Shown: positions 8,303 to 18,725 of the stretch, in pieces
Layout: the number at the start of each line of letters is the position of its first letter
Numbering within the stretch: position 1 is the first letter of the stretch
Assembly (NCBI GenBank): GCA_002897715.1
Contig: BDUA01000040.1
Coordinates: forward strand, 1,142 to 65,141
From: a bacterium BMS3Abin01
GTDB taxonomy: Bacteria > Actinomycetota > Thermoleophilia > BMS3ABIN01
DNA length: 64,000 nucleotides
Direction: 5' to 3'
Translations under genes and position numbers: made by a program
Notes under the pieces: model-generated
The model's input: the letters and a program-made list of their open reading frames with translations, nothing else
Databases searched by the model: none
What the model was told of the DNA's origin: nothing

Positions 8303-9277
8303 TCAGCCGGACCCCTGCTCCAGCCGGTCCAGTACCGACTGCAGGTCGTCCGGCAACGGCGACTGGACCTCGATAGTCTCACCGGTTTGGGGATGGCTGA
8401 AGGTCAGCCGCGTCGCGTGCAGGAACTGGCGGCCGATGCCCAGCCGGTCGCGCCGGCGGCTATAGGTCGTGTCCCCGGCCACCGGATGGCCGATGGCCTC
8501 CAGGTGGACCCTGATCTGGTGGGTGCGGCCGGTATCCAGCCTCACCTCCAGCAGAGAGAGCCCGGCTCCGGGCTCCTTCCGGCGGCCGCGGCCCGATCCG
8601 TCACCGGCCCAGCTCCGTATAACCCGGAAGTGGGTAACGGCCGCCCGGCCGGCTGTCCCCGCCACTGACATCCGTTGCCGGTTGGCGGCGTCCCGGCCCA
8701 CCGGGGCGTCGATGGTGCCCTCCCTGGTCTCGAAATATCCGTGGACCAGGGCGATGTAGGTACGCTCGATCTGGTGACGGCGCAGCATCTCCACCAGCAA
8801 CCGGTGGGTGGCGTCGTCTCGGGCCACTACCAGCAGGCCCGAGGTGTCCTTGTCCAGACGGTGGACGATACCCGGGCGGTGCGGGCTCTCGCCGCCCGCC
8901 ACCTGATGGGCCAGCAGCCCGTGAACCAGGGTGCCGTGGTCATGCCCCCGGCCCGGATGGGTGACGACCCCCGCCGGCTTGTCCACCACCAGCAGCCACC
9001 GGTCCTCGTAGGGAATGCTCAGACCCAGGTCCTCGGGCTGGAGGGAGAGTTCCTCCGGCGGCTCCATCACCGCCTCGATCTCCTCGCCCGGGCGGACCCT
9101 GTGCTTCTTGCTGCCGGCGACTCCGTCGACCAGCACGCGGCCGGCGGCAATCAGCCGCTGCGCCGCCGCGCGCGAGCCTATCTCCGGCACCGATGCCAGC
9201 AGTTTGTCCAGGCGGATCCCCTGCTCGTCGGCGCCGGCCTGGATGGTAATCCTGCTCTGTGGGGAAGCATCATCCAT
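8303..9277 (-). CDS. rluD: RluA-family 23S rRNA pseudouridine synthase (RluD-like) with N-terminal S4 domain
   Basis: HRLDKDTSGLLVVA catalytic motif and an S4-like N-terminus (RLDKLLA...SRAAAQRLI..G.V.V.G). Classical lspA-rluD adjacency. Confidence 0.85.
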   Translation of the reverse strand: MDDASPQSRITIQAGADEQGIRLDKLLASVPEIGSRAAAQRLIAAGRVLVDGVAGSKKHRVRPGEEIEAVMEPPEELSLQPEDLGLSIPYEDRWLLVVDKPAGVVTHPGRGHDHGTLVHGLLAHQVAGGESPHRPGIVHRLDKDTSGLLVVARDDATHRLLVEMLRRHQIERTYIALVHGYFETREGTIDAPVGRDAANRQRMSVAGTAGRAAVTHFRVIRSWAGDGSGRGRRKEPGAGLSLLEVRLDTGRTHQIRVHLEAIGHPVAGDTTYSRRRDRLGIGRQFLHATRLTFSHPQTGETIEVQSPLPDDLQSVLDRLEQGSG

Positions 9278-9301
9278 GGCAGAAGGCCGGTTCCACCCCC
9301 G

Positions 9302-9748
9302 TCAGTCCCCTTCACTCTCCTGCAGCCGCAGGCCTTTGGGAAAGAGATAACGCAGCAGTATCAGCCCCACCCCCATGGCGATAAAGATGTCCGCCATATT
9401 GAAGGCGGGCCAATGGGGGACGCGGATAAAGTCGGTCACGCTGCCCAGGCGCAGGCGGTCGATGAGGTTGCCCAGGCTGCCCGCCAGCAACAGCGCCATG
9501 GGCACCACCATCGGTTCGTTGTGCCGAACCACGGCGGCGGCAACCAGCAGCAGGAAAACGATGAAACCGCCGACGATGAGGATAATGCCGTCGTGCCCGT
9601 TGAACATGCCGAAGGCGATACCGTTGTTCTGTATGAGTTGCAGCCTGAACAGTGGCAGTACGGCGATGTTGTCGCCGTAACTCATGCTGTTGCGGATTAT
9701 CGCCTTGAACAGCTGATCCACAGCCAGGAGCGACAAGGTCCAGATCAC
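9302..9748 (-). CDS. lspA: lipoprotein signal peptidase II
   Basis: 148 aa, 4 TM helices, with motifs NNGIAFGM and GSLGNLIDRL..G.V.DF. Confidence 0.85.
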   Translation of the reverse strand: MIWTLSLLAVDQLFKAIIRNSMSYGDNIAVLPLFRLQLIQNNGIAFGMFNGHDGIILIVGGFIVFLLLVAAAVVRHNEPMVVPMALLLAGSLGNLIDRLRLGSVTDFIRVPHWPAFNMADIFIAMGVGLILLRYLFPKGLRLQESEGD

Positions 9749-9781
9749 GAGCCTACCGGTTGGGTTGAACAGATACTTCAG

Positions 9782-10147
9782 CTATCTCGTCTCCTGTTCA
9801 CGCTGGCAATCGATGCACCGCTCGACATAGGGGAGAAACTCCAGCCGCTCCGGCGATATGGGTTTACCGCAGGACTTGCAGATACCGTATTCTCCCTTCT
9901 GGAACTCCTTGATGGCCTCGTTGACCCGGGTCAGCAGCATGTTAACCTTCTCCTCCAGGGAAAGGTCCAGCTCACGATCCTGGGCCAGGGCCGCCAGCCC
10001 GGCGACACGGTCATCGTAGCTGAGCCCCGCCGTCAGTTCCTGTTCCGTCTCGTCCGTATCGCGCGCCAGACGCTCCAGGTCCTGTTCCAGCTTATCCCTG
10101 ACTTCGTGAAGTTTCTTGAGCAGTTTTTTAGATTCTTCCGGTTCCAT
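9782..10147 (-). CDS. DksA/TraR-family C4 zinc-finger protein
   Basis: Coiled-coil N-terminus plus C-terminal CKSCGKPI....RCIDCQ. Confidence 0.7.
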   Translation of the reverse strand: MEPEESKKLLKKLHEVRDKLEQDLERLARDTDETEQELTAGLSYDDRVAGLAALAQDRELDLSLEEKVNMLLTRVNEAIKEFQKGEYGICKSCGKPISPERLEFLPYVERCIDCQREQETR

Positions 10148-10178
10148 GTAAAAATGAAAACCCCCCGCGACAGTCCTG

Positions 10179-10508
10179 TTACTCTACGCGGAGGAATTTT
10201 TTCAACCTCTCTTCAGCGTCCGCTACCGGTAACCCGGCCAACAGGACTATTTTATCACGAGAGCGCTCACCGTGTCGCAACCGCACCCTGTTTTTGCTGA
10301 GACCCAGTTCGCGGGCCAGCAACTTCAGCAGGGCCTTGTTCGCCTTGCCCTCTACGGGAGGAGCCTGCAGGCGCACCCGCAACCGTCCATCCCGCCTCCC
10401 CATTATCTGGGATTTCTTCGCCCCGGGCACCGCCCTGACCGCCAGCAGAACACCCTCCGGCGACTCCGTCAGCAGCTTACCACTTGAAGTTTTTCTCGTC
10501 GGTGTCAA
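10179..10508 (-). CDS. yggU: DUF167 / YggU-family protein
   Basis: ...LAVRAVPGAKKSQI...LRVRLQAPPVEGKANKALLKLLA..LG..K..V.L..GERSRDK matches the YggU pattern. The TTG track start overlaps the divIVA end by 32 nt, so the true start may be a little downstream. Confidence 0.7.
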   Translation of the reverse strand: MTPTRKTSSGKLLTESPEGVLLAVRAVPGAKKSQIMGRRDGRLRVRLQAPPVEGKANKALLKLLARELGLSKNRVRLRHGERSRDKIVLLAGLPVADAEERLKKFLRVE

Positions 10509-11202
10509 TCTCTACATCGGCGAAAGGGTCGTCTTCGTCACCGGTGCCTCCGCCGTGGAGGGCAGGAAAGCTGACCTCTTCCGCTTCCGCTTCCATGCCG
10601 CCATCAACCGTATCCGTTGCCTCGGCGGCATCGCCGCCGGCCAGCTCCGTCGATACCGCCTGGTCAATACCCATACCCTCATCCGCCGTTTCTTTCACGG
10701 CGTCAGCTGTTCCGGCCCCGGACTCCATACCCTCGATTTCGACATCTTCGAGCACCGAATCGTCGTCCTGGTCGAGGACGTTCATATAGCTCTCCAGCAG
10801 GGACTTGAGCTGGTAGCGCAGGTCTTCGTGTCTCTGCTTGAGGGACTGCACCGAACGCTGGATCTTCTGCCTCTCCGCGTAGGAGTCGTTGATGATGCTG
10901 CGGGATTTAAGCTCGGCGTCACGCAGGATGAGGTCCGCCTCCTTCTTGGCGTTGACCTTCAACTCCTCGGCCTGCTCCTGGGCGGAGATCAGCGTCTTCT
11001 GCAACGTCTCCTCGATATTGCGGTACTGCTCTATCTTCTCCTCCAGCGCCTCCAGCCGGTCCTGGTAGTCGATGTTCTTGTTGAACAAGCGCTCGAACTC
11101 CTCGACTATCTCATCGAGGTACTCATCCACCTCCAGGTCTTTGTATCCCCGCATGGACCGGCTGAACTCCTTGTGCCTGATATCCAACGGTGTGATTTTC
11201 AT
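10477..11202 (-). CDS. divIVA: DivIVA-domain cell division / polarity protein
   Basis: N-terminus MKITPLDIRHKEFSRSMRGYKDLEVDEYLDEI is the canonical DivIVA lipid-binding domain. It is followed by a coiled coil and an acidic tail. Confidence 0.85.
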   Translation of the reverse strand: MKITPLDIRHKEFSRSMRGYKDLEVDEYLDEIVEEFERLFNKNIDYQDRLEALEEKIEQYRNIEETLQKTLISAQEQAEELKVNAKKEADLILRDAELKSRSIINDSYAERQKIQRSVQSLKQRHEDLRYQLKSLLESYMNVLDQDDDSVLEDVEIEGMESGAGTADAVKETADEGMGIDQAVSTELAGGDAAEATDTVDGGMEAEAEEVSFPALHGGGTGDEDDPFADVEIDTDEKNFKW

Positions 11203-11227
11203 CCCACTGTCCTCCCTGTTTTATGAT

Positions 11228-11494
11228 TTACAAGGCGCTTACGACGAAACTCTGTATTATCCCCAATACCAGCAGCCCGACGAACGGACTGAAATCGATT
11301 GGCCCCGCCAGCGGTATGAACCGCCGGAACAAACCCAGGTAGGGCTCGGTCACATCATGCACGTACCGGAACAGGATCAGCAACGTCCTGTTGGATGGTA
11401 TCCCGGTCCAGCTGAATACGATCCTGATGATGATGAATACATAGTAGGTATAAAAAAGCGCATTGACAAAACTGCGTGCGTCGAATCCCGTCAT
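11228..11494 (-). CDS. yggT: YggT-family membrane protein
   Basis: 88 aa, two TM helices, and the conserved position between sepF/proC and divIVA. Confidence 0.75.
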   Translation of the reverse strand: MTGFDARSFVNALFYTYYVFIIIRIVFSWTGIPSNRTLLILFRYVHDVTEPYLGLFRRFIPLAGPIDFSPFVGLLVLGIIQSFVVSAL

Positions 11495-11496
11495 GT

Positions 11497-12303
11497 CTAG
11501 CCGAGCTCGATGGCGCGGTCGACCGTTACCTGCACCGAATCGATGATGGCGGACCTGATGCCGTCCCTCTCCAGCTGCGAGATACCGGCGGCGGTGGTTC
11601 CCGCCGGCGAGGTGACGATATGCCTCAACTCGCTGGGCGACAGCCCCGCCTCCACCAGCAGGGCGGCCGTACCCGCCAGCATGGAATATGTCAGCTCCCG
11701 CGCCACACCTCCCGGCAGCCCCGCCATGACGCCGGCGTCGACGAAGGCGTCGACGATGACGGCCATGAACCCGGGTCCGCTGCCGGCGATGGCCGTCGCC
11801 GGGGCGAACAGCTTCTCCGTCAGGGGCACGACGCGCCCCAGGTGGCTGAACAGCTCGTACACCTGCTCCTCCGTCTCCGGGTCCACCTTGCTGCCGACGG
11901 CAAAACAGATGGTGCCGGCGCAGACCTCGACGGCCACGTTGGGCATCATGCGGAAGACGGGGACGTCCTCGGAGAAAAGCGCCTCGATGAAAGCAATGGT
12001 ACGGCCGGCGGCCACCGAGGCCAGGATCTTCCCCCTGCCGAAAAAGGACGCGATGCCGGCTATGGCCGCCTCGACATCGTTGGGTTTGACCGCCAGCAGC
12101 ACCAGGTCGGATCCCTCCGCCAGTTCGGCGTTGCCACCGGCGACCCTGACGCCCGTTTCCTTGCTGAGCTTCTCAGCCGCCTCGGGGTAAACGTCGGCAA
12201 CGATGATGCGGGAGGCCATGGCAGAATCATGTTTCAGCCAGCCCTTCACGAAGGCCGAGCCCATGTTGCCGCAGCCGATCAGGCCGATTTTATCGATCGT
12301 CAT
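11497..12303 (-). CDS. proC: pyrroline-5-carboxylate reductase
   Basis: IGLIGCGNMG Rossmann motif and a C-terminal SPAGTT motif. Its ATG overlaps the sepF stop. The yggS-sepF-proC-yggT linkage is a known conserved neighbourhood. Confidence 0.9.
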   Translation of the reverse strand: MTIDKIGLIGCGNMGSAFVKGWLKHDSAMASRIIVADVYPEAAEKLSKETGVRVAGGNAELAEGSDLVLLAVKPNDVEAAIAGIASFFGRGKILASVAAGRTIAFIEALFSEDVPVFRMMPNVAVEVCAGTICFAVGSKVDPETEEQVYELFSHLGRVVPLTEKLFAPATAIAGSGPGFMAVIVDAFVDAGVMAGLPGGVARELTYSMLAGTAALLVEAGLSPSELRHIVTSPAGTTAAGISQLERDGIRSAIIDSVQVTVDRAIELG

Positions 12304-12818
12304 GACTGGTTGAAGAAGCCTTTCTCCATCAGCCGCGCCCGCTCCTCAGCGGAGACTTCGACGTTGCGCGGCGTTAGCAGGAAGACCTTGTCCGCGACCC
12401 GCTGCATGCCACCGTCAAGGGCATAGGTCAGGCCGCTGGAGAAATCGATGAAACGCTTGGCCAGATCGGTGTCGGCGTTCTGCAGATTGAGGATAACCGG
12501 CACATCCGCCTTGAACTTGTCCGCCACCTGCTGGGCGTCGTTGAAGCTCCGGGGCAGCACCAGATGCACCCTGATATTGGCCGGCGACGCCGATCTCAGC
12601 GGCTTGATGCGCGAGACCTTCTTGTCCTCGGGATAGATGTCGTCGTAATCCACCCGCTGCTTGCGGGACGACCGGCTTATCTTGCGGACATTGGGCCTCT
12701 CGCTGTATGAGGCTTCCAGGGAACGATGCGCCGCCATATGTTCATCTTCGACGTCATATTCCTCCTCGTCCAACCTGTCTTCCGCTAGTCCGAAATATAC
12801 AAGTGTCTTTTGCCACAT
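12300..12818 (-). CDS. sepF: cell division protein SepF
   Basis: MWQKTLVYFGLAED N-terminal membrane-targeting helix and a C-terminal FtsZ-binding domain (...PVILNL...RFIDF..G..YAL.G....V...VFLL.P). The ATG at 12818 is preferred over the track start at 12842. Confidence 0.85.
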   Translation of the reverse strand: MWQKTLVYFGLAEDRLDEEEYDVEDEHMAAHRSLEASYSERPNVRKISRSSRKQRVDYDDIYPEDKKVSRIKPLRSASPANIRVHLVLPRSFNDAQQVADKFKADVPVILNLQNADTDLAKRFIDFSSGLTYALDGGMQRVADKVFLLTPRNVEVSAEERARLMEKGFFNQS

Positions 12819-12907
12819 ATTACTTATGGCGACCACCTCCAAACGTGAAGAGTTGAATCACTTTTCTACCTGCGGTTTGCTATCCCTTTATCCTGCCCTG
12901 TCGATTA

Positions 12908-13615
12908 TCAGTTATACAGGATGCTGCCCACACGAATAATGGTCGCACCCTCCTCCACCGCCACAGTGTAATCGTTGCTGGTTCCCATGGAAAGTTGTGT
13001 GAAACGGTATCTTCCCTGCCATTCACGGGTGAGCTTTTCAGCCATTTCGCGTAGGGCCGCGAAGGCGGGGCGGGATTTTTCGGGGTCTGCCACCAGCGGC
13101 GGCATAGTCATGAGGCCGGTGAAATTAACCATGGAAAAACGGTCAGCCTCCTCAAGGAAGCGGTTAACCTCGCCTGGAATGATACCATATTTGCTCGCCT
13201 CTTCGCCAATGTTGACCTGCAGTAGCACATTTGATGGTATTTCCGCCCGCTGCTGGATCTCCCGGACCACGGACAGGGAATCCAGGGAATGGATCAGCCG
13301 CACCCGGGGCAGCACCTGTCTCACCTTGTTGCTCTGCAGGTGGCCGATGAAATCCCAGGTGAAGCGCTCGCCGTAACGGTCGTGCTTGGCCACCAGGTCC
13401 TGGGCGCGATTCTCGCCGACGAGAGAGACCCCGGCGCCGGCCAGGGCCTCCAGGCCCTCCACCGCCACATACTTGATCGCAGCCAGCAGCTCCACCCCAC
13501 CGGGGTCACGGCCGGCGCGGCGACAGGCCCGCATCATCTCCGCCTCTATACGCTCCCTGTTCTCCCTGACAGCGGCGGCGTCCAGGTCGGTCAGCTGCTG
13601 CCTCACACGATCCAC
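12908..13615 (-). CDS. yggS: YggS-family pyridoxal-phosphate homeostasis protein
   Basis: ...LLAAIKYV..., HFIGHLQSNK-like (FIGHLQSNK), LSMGTSNDY and IRVGS motifs. Confidence 0.85.
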   Translation of the reverse strand: MDRVRQQLTDLDAAAVRENRERIEAEMMRACRRAGRDPGGVELLAAIKYVAVEGLEALAGAGVSLVGENRAQDLVAKHDRYGERFTWDFIGHLQSNKVRQVLPRVRLIHSLDSLSVVREIQQRAEIPSNVLLQVNIGEEASKYGIIPGEVNRFLEEADRFSMVNFTGLMTMPPLVADPEKSRPAFAALREMAEKLTREWQGRYRFTQLSMGTSNDYTVAVEEGATIIRVGSILYN

Positions 13616-14433
13616 GCTATCGCCCCCTGCCTGCCCGTTCCATCGCCGTCGCGGCGATGGGAGAAGAACCTCCCGTCGCAGCAGGTGCAGATATCCAGGA
13701 CGTGGACGCGTTCGGCGGTCAGGCCGGCGGCGACCAGTTCGTCCCCGGCGGCGGCCGGCAGGTCGAGGCGGTCCCCCGGGAGAACGGCGTCACCGAAGCG
13801 GCCGGCGAAGCCGGCGGCTGTCTCACCGTCCACCTGGTAGCAGCAGGAGTGGATACAGGGCCCGATGGCGGCGGTCATGGCCGCCGGGTCCGCCCCCCTG
13901 GCCACCATGGTGTCCACCGTGTTGCCGATAACGCCGGCCGCCAGCCCGCGCCGGCCGGCATGCACGACGGCGATGACCGGGGCACCGTCACCGCGGCCGA
14001 TGAGCACCAGCGGCAGGCAGTCAGCGTACTGCAACTGCAGCGGTGCCTGACGGATACCGGTAATCAGCGCGTCGCAGGGGTCGAAGGGGCTATCCGCCCG
14101 CCACTTGGCGCCGGCGCCGATGTCCAGTTCGTTGTCCAGCAGGCAGACCACCCCGGTATGCTGCTGGCGCGGGGAGGTGATGGTTGAAGCCTTGTGGCCC
14201 AGGGCCCGCCCCAGGAGCTGGCGGTTCTTGTGTACCTGACCGGCCTCATCGCCGACGTTGAACCCCAGGTTGAGCGAGTCGCAGGGAGGCCTGCTGACGC
14301 CGCCGTGCCGCCCGGAGAAATATACTTCCACGCCCGGCCCGGCCTTTTCAAATCGCCACAGCTCTATATTTATTAGCTCCACCCGGGTGAAAGCAGCATC
14401 CGCGCCCGACCGTCCATCCTGCTCATCAGTCAT
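13603..14433 (-). CDS. pgeF: PgeF/YfiH-family (laccase-domain) peptidoglycan editing factor
   Basis: ...LNLGFNVGD..., QQHT..V, CDALIT, ADCLP, HAGRRG and IGPCI.SCCYQV motifs. Conserved position just after ftsZ. Confidence 0.8.
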   Translation of the reverse strand: MTDEQDGRSGADAAFTRVELINIELWRFEKAGPGVEVYFSGRHGGVSRPPCDSLNLGFNVGDEAGQVHKNRQLLGRALGHKASTITSPRQQHTGVVCLLDNELDIGAGAKWRADSPFDPCDALITGIRQAPLQLQYADCLPLVLIGRGDGAPVIAVVHAGRRGLAAGVIGNTVDTMVARGADPAAMTAAIGPCIHSCCYQVDGETAAGFAGRFGDAVLPGDRLDLPAAAGDELVAAGLTAERVHVLDICTCCDGRFFSHRRDGDGTGRQGAIAWIV

Positions 14434-14464
14434 GTGATCCGTCCTTGTCTTTCGCCGATAGGAA

Positions 14465-14488
14465 AGGGCAGGCCTCGAGGCCTGCCCT
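14465..14488 (-). terminator. perfect 24-nt palindrome AGGGCAGGCC-TCGA-GGCCTGCCCT between ftsZ and pgeF
   Basis: 10-bp GC stem with a 4-nt loop, 42 nt after the ftsZ stop. The pyrimidine tail (TTCCT) is weak. Confidence 0.55.
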
Positions 14489-14529
14489 AATAAACCAAAT
14501 CTCTCCCGTCCCGGTCTCTGCCGGCCGGT

Positions 14530-15642
14530 TTACTCTTCGTCCCTGAGAAAGGTGGGGATATCCAGAACATCCTCGTTGATCTCGAAGTCCGGTTTCTCCT
14601 CCGGCTCCTCTCCCGGGGTGATTACCGGGGAGGGCGTACCCGCCTCCATATCACGCGCCGCCCGGTTGACGCGGGCCGGTTTTATCTGCTTGTCGAAACC
14701 GGTGGCTATCACCGTGACTTTGACTTCGTCCTTGACGCTGTCATCGATGACGGCGCCGAATATTATGTTGCTGTTGGCGTCGGCGGCGCCGGAGATCACT
14801 TCGGCGGCCTCATTAACCTCGAACAGCCCCAGATCGGTGCCGCCGGTGATGTTCAGCAGGATACCGGTGGCGCCCTCCACCGACGACTCCAGCAACGGCG
14901 ACGATATGGCCGCCTTGGCCGCCTCGGTGGCGCGGTTCTCGCCGTTGGCCACGCCGATACCCATCAGAGCCGAACCCGCATCCTTCATGATGGCCTTGAC
15001 GTCGGCGAAATCCAGGTTGATAAGCCCCGGAACCGTGATGAGGTCGGTTATGCCCTGTACTCCCTGGCGCAGTATATCGTCGGCTACCCGGAAGGCGTCG
15101 ATGATGGAGGTGCGTTTCTCCACGACCTGAAGCAGCCGGTCGTTGGGGATGATGATCACCGTGTCCACCGCCTCGCGCAACACCTGTATCCCTTCCTCGG
15201 CCTGGTCGCTGCGCCGTTTGCCCTCGAAGGAGAACGGACGGGTGACCACGCCCACGGTCAGGGCGCCCAGCTCCCGGGAGATCTCGGCGATGACCGGCGC
15301 CGCACCGGTACCGGTGCCGCCGCCCTTGCCGGCGGTGACGAATACCATGTCCGATCCCTTGATGGCCTCGCGGATCTCGTCGCGGCTCTCTTCGGCCGCC
15401 TCCCGGCCCACTTCCGGGTTGGCCCCGGCTCCCAGTCCCTGGGTGATCTTGCCACCGATGTGCAGCTTCACGTCGGCATCGCACATGAGCAACGCCTGGG
15501 CGTCAGTGTTTACCGCGACGAATTCAACACCTTTCAGTCCTGCGTCAACCATACGATTGACGGCGTTGGTGCCGCCGCCGCCTACGCCCACAACTCTGAT
15601 AACTGCCAAGTAGCTGTTCCCGGGGTCTAACATGATCTTCAT
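14530..15642 (-). CDS. ftsZ: cell division GTPase FtsZ
   Basis: [10 protein letters not shown] and NTDAQAL signatures, then [10 protein letters not shown], and an acidic C-terminal peptide [13 protein letters not shown]. The ATG at 15642 overlaps the ftsA stop (ATGA). The ATG at 15633 is an alternative. Confidence 0.95.
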   Translation of the reverse strand: MKIMLDPGNSYLAVIRVVGVGGGGTNAVNRMVDAGLKGVEFVAVNTDAQALLMCDADVKLHIGGKITQGLGAGANPEVGREAAEESRDEIREAIKGSDMVFVTAGKGGGTGTGAAPVIAEISRELGALTVGVVTRPFSFEGKRRSDQAEEGIQVLREAVDTVIIIPNDRLLQVVEKRTSIIDAFRVADDILRQGVQGITDLITVPGLINLDFADVKAIMKDAGSALMGIGVANGENRATEAAKAAISSPLLESSVEGATGILLNITGGTDLGLFEVNEAAEVISGAADANSNIIFGAVIDDSVKDEVKVTVIATGFDKQIKPARVNRAARDMEAGTPSPVITPGEEPEEKPDFEINEDVLDIPTFLRDEE

Positions 15643-16979
15643 AACCTCCCTGAGGGTTTTGAGGGTTTGAACCAACCCTTGACCTTGGCCAGAACCTCGT
15701 TTAAAAACCCTTCAGTACTAGTTGAGGGTTCATCCGTCCGTATCGGCCCTCTCGCAAACATTCGCTCACTTCCATACAGGAGTAAGCCTACGGCGGTAGC
15801 ATAAACGGGATTACTGGGTATGTCAACAGCACTGGACGGGCCCCGTGGGACTCCCTGACGGGCAGGCATTTTCGTCACCAGCCGGGCGAGTCCGGCCATA
15901 CCTTCAAGTTGACTTGTACCCCCTGTCACCACAATCCCTGTAGCAATACTTGAGAGATAGCCGCTATCCATGGCCTGCCTGGTAACCAGTCTGAATATCT
16001 CGGTTACGCGCGCCTCGATGATGCGCGCCAGGAACTTGCGCGAGAAGCTCAGTTGCCGGTCGCCGCCGGCGTTCGCCGGAACGGCCTCGGTATGGATCAT
16101 CTCGATATCCTCCACCAGGTGGCTCTGGGCGTGACCGTAGTCGATCTTGATCTTCTCCGCCACCGCCAGCGGCACCTTCAGGCCTACGGAGATGTCCCGG
16201 GTTATATGGTTGCCACCCACCGGCAGGACGGCGGAATGGACCAGGCGGCTGTCGGCGAACATGGCCACGTCCGTGGTGCCGCCGCCGATATCCACCAACA
16301 GGGTGCCTGACTTCATTTCCTGCTCATCCAGGCAGGCGCGGCTGGAAGCCAGCGGCTCCAGGACGATATCGTCCAGCACCAACCCCGCCGCCTCCACCGA
16401 GGCTACCAGGTTCTGGATGGAGTTGACGGCGCCGAAGACCAGATGTCCGGTCATCTCCACCCGGTTGGCCCACATGCCCACCGGCCGCTTCACCCCATCC
16501 TGCCCGTCCAGCACATAGTCACGGGGGATGGCGTGTATCAACTGGAAATCCGGGGAGACCTGCACGTCCTTGAGCTTCTCCAGCAGCGCCCGGCGTTCAG
16601 CGGTGGTGATCCTGCGGTCCTCGTTGGGATTGTCGATGGCGACCCGGCGGTTCATGGACAGGATGTGGGAGCCGGCCACACCCACGGTCGCCTCCTCAAG
16701 CCTGGCCCTGGCGCCCTCGGCCGCTTTTTCCACCGCGGCCCGGATGGAGCCGGCGGCGTCCTCCTGGTCCACCACCACACCCTTGTGCATCCCCCGCGCC
16801 GGTACCGTGGCGCAGCTGCGCACCCTGGCCAGATTTCCCTCAGGGCCCAGCTCTCCCACCAGGCAGGCTATCTTGGTGGTACCCACGTCCACGGCTACCA
16901 CCGGTGGGAACGACGCGTCCTGACCGTCTCCGGCCCGGCCGCCGCCGTCCCGCTTGTGTTTGCCGCTGCCCTTAGTCAA
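15639..16979 (-). CDS. ftsA: cell division protein FtsA (actin-like ATPase)
   Basis: [10 protein letters not shown] phosphate-1 motif and DIGGGTTD. The Arg-rich N-terminal 26 codons of the track ORF overlap ftsQ. The TTG at 16979 (TTGACTAA overlapping the ftsQ stop), preceded by GGAGAGGTGG, is the likelier start. Confidence 0.9.
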   Translation of the reverse strand: MTKGSGKHKRDGGGRAGDGQDASFPPVVAVDVGTTKIACLVGELGPEGNLARVRSCATVPARGMHKGVVVDQEDAAGSIRAAVEKAAEGARARLEEATVGVAGSHILSMNRRVAIDNPNEDRRITTAERRALLEKLKDVQVSPDFQLIHAIPRDYVLDGQDGVKRPVGMWANRVEMTGHLVFGAVNSIQNLVASVEAAGLVLDDIVLEPLASSRACLDEQEMKSGTLLVDIGGGTTDVAMFADSRLVHSAVLPVGGNHITRDISVGLKVPLAVAEKIKIDYGHAQSHLVEDIEMIHTEAVPANAGGDRQLSFSRKFLARIIEARVTEIFRLVTRQAMDSGYLSSIATGIVVTGGTSQLEGMAGLARLVTKMPARQGVPRGPSSAVDIPSNPVYATAVGLLLYGSERMFARGPIRTDEPSTSTEGFLNEVLAKVKGWFKPSKPSGRL

Positions 16980-17802
16980 GCACGGCCACCTCTCCCGTAC
17001 TCGCAACCGGCGCCGAGCCGGACGCGGCCTGTGACGCCGATACTTCCGCTTCTCCATCAGGATTCGGCGTCGCGTTGCCGTCTCCCTGCCTGGTCACCGG
17101 CCGTTCCGGAACGGATACGTCTATGGTGATCCTGGCGTCAGCGGCATAGGCCCGTGCCAGCATCTGTCTCAGTACTTCGAATTTGAAATCATACTGGTCC
17201 AGGGTGCCGAACATGACCTGCACGCCGTTATGCGTTGAGGCACGGATCATGCCGTTGTCCACCGTCACCACCGCGAACTGGTAGTTGAAGCTTACCGGGA
17301 TGTTGACCAGAAAACTGATGCCGTCCTGCGCGTCCTCGCATCCCGGAGCCGCACCGGCCTCCAGCTCACCGCAGGGCTCGGCGGTCTTAAGCGTCGGCAG
17401 CGACGGGTCGTCGCCCTCCACCTGCATGAGCACGGTCCCGTCGGTGGCTACCAGGTAGACCACATCCCCGGCCGTCCTGAGATTGAGAGCGGGACGGTAC
17501 TCGCGTATGCGCAGCCGCAGGGTATGGGGGAAGCTGCGTTCAAACTCCACGCTTTCGATCAGGGGTTGCTGGACCAGCGCGTCCGCGGCACGGTCCAACG
17601 GCGGATTGAGCAGGCTCTGACCGCGCAGCAGCGGCGCGGCGGTGTCCACGATGGTCTCGGTAGGGACGTCGATGTTGCCCACTACCTCTATATCCTCGAT
17701 GGCCAGGAGGCTGGACTGGCTCAGCCAGAAGATACCGCCGGCGATGATGAGGGTGACGATGGAGAGCAGGGCCACCCACCAGGCGTTTTTCTTCAGGTTC
17801 AT
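16972..17802 (-). CDS. ftsQ: cell division protein FtsQ/DivIB (POTRA domain)
   Basis: Single N-terminal TM helix, then an I.V.GN....... POTRA-like segment. Positioned between murB and ftsA. Its ATG overlaps the murB stop (ATGA). Confidence 0.75.
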   Translation of the reverse strand: MNLKKNAWWVALLSIVTLIIAGGIFWLSQSSLLAIEDIEVVGNIDVPTETIVDTAAPLLRGQSLLNPPLDRAADALVQQPLIESVEFERSFPHTLRLRIREYRPALNLRTAGDVVYLVATDGTVLMQVEGDDPSLPTLKTAEPCGELEAGAAPGCEDAQDGISFLVNIPVSFNYQFAVVTVDNGMIRASTHNGVQVMFGTLDQYDFKFEVLRQMLARAYAADARITIDVSVPERPVTRQGDGNATPNPDGEAEVSASQAASGSAPVASTGEVAVLD

Positions 17803-18725
17803 TCCGGTTCCTTCAGGCCGATGTCACCCAGAAACCTTACCTCGGGTTCGAGCACGATGCCGAACCGCTGATGGACGCGGTGGCGGCAGGCATCCATGAG
17901 GGTGATGATATCAGCGGCGGTGGCACCGCCGCTGTTAACGATAAAGTTGGCGTGGGTGCCGGAGACGGCGGCGGCGCCGCAGGACAGCTGCTTGCAGCCG
18001 GCACGGTCCAGCAGCTCGCCGGCGCCGGCTTCGCCGCCGGGGTTGCGGAAGATACTGCCGAAGGTCCTCGCGCCCCTGGGCTGTGAAGTCTCGCGTCTGC
18101 TCAAGTAAACTTTCATGGAGCGCCGGATGGCGTCCCTGTCCCCCGGTGACAGCCGCAAGGCCGCGCGGCTGACCACGGCGCCGGCCGGCAGCCGGCACGA
18201 CCGGTAAGCGAATCCCAGCTGATCGGCGTCCAGCCTGCTCACCTTGCCGGGCAGGGCGACCTCTACCCATTCCACCTTGTCGCCGATGGACATGCCGAAG
18301 GCGCCGGCGTTCATCGCCACGGCGCCACCCAGCGTCCCCGGCACGCCCTCCAGCGGTTCCAGCCCTGTCAGGCCCTCCTCCCAGGCCAGCCGCGCCGCCC
18401 GCGGCAGCGAGGCGCCGGCGCCGCACTCCAGGCCGTCGCCGCGGCGTCGGCATTCCCGGAGGTTACCGGTCAGCCTGATCACCACCCCGCGCCAGCCGTT
18501 ATCGGCCACCAGCAGGTTGGAGCCCAGTCCCAGAACGAACCAGGGCAGATGATATCCACTGGCGACGTCCAGTATCGCAGCCAGGGTTTGGGAACCGTCC
18601 GCCGCCACCACGTACGCGGCCGGGCCGCCACAGCCGATGGTAGTCATGCGGGAGAAGGGGATGTCGGTCTCTGCCGGTCCGCCGGCCGCCTGCTCCAGAT
18701 CGCGGCGTAAGACCGCGTCAGACAA
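17799..18725 (-). CDS. murB: UDP-N-acetylenolpyruvoylglucosamine reductase
   Basis: ...TTIGCGGPA...VLGLGSNLLV.D.G..GVVI..., GAG....A...A....GL.GLE...G.PG..GGA..MNAGA.G and FRNP motifs. The first roughly 136 codons of the track ORF run through murC in another frame. The TTG at 18725 overlapping the murC stop is the likely start. Confidence 0.85.
   Translation of the reverse strand: MSDAVLRRDLEQAAGGPAETDIPFSRMTTIGCGGPAAYVVAADGSQTLAAILDVASGYHLPWFVLGLGSNLLVADNGWRGVVIRLTGNLRECRRRGDGLECGAGASLPRAARLAWEEGLTGLEPLEGVPGTLGGAVAMNAGAFGMSIGDKVEWVEVALPGKVSRLDADQLGFAYRSCRLPAGAVVSRAALRLSPGDRDAIRRSMKVYLSRRETSQPRGARTFGSIFRNPGGEAGAGELLDRAGCKQLSCGAAAVSGTHANFIVNSGGATAADIITLMDACRHRVHQRFGIVLEPEVRFLGDIGLKEPE

Noticed and set aside
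6853-8382. The 509-aa form of the CobB/DsrN homolog
   Set aside because: The first 57 codons overlap the rluD 3' end, are Arg/Ser/Trp-rich and precede the P-loop. A TTG at 8211 with a GGAGG RBS gives a normal ~452-aa protein.
8675-10300. 541-aa plus-strand ORF
   Set aside because: It is antisense to rluD, lspA and the DksA-like gene and has no recognisable domain. It is a shadow ORF.
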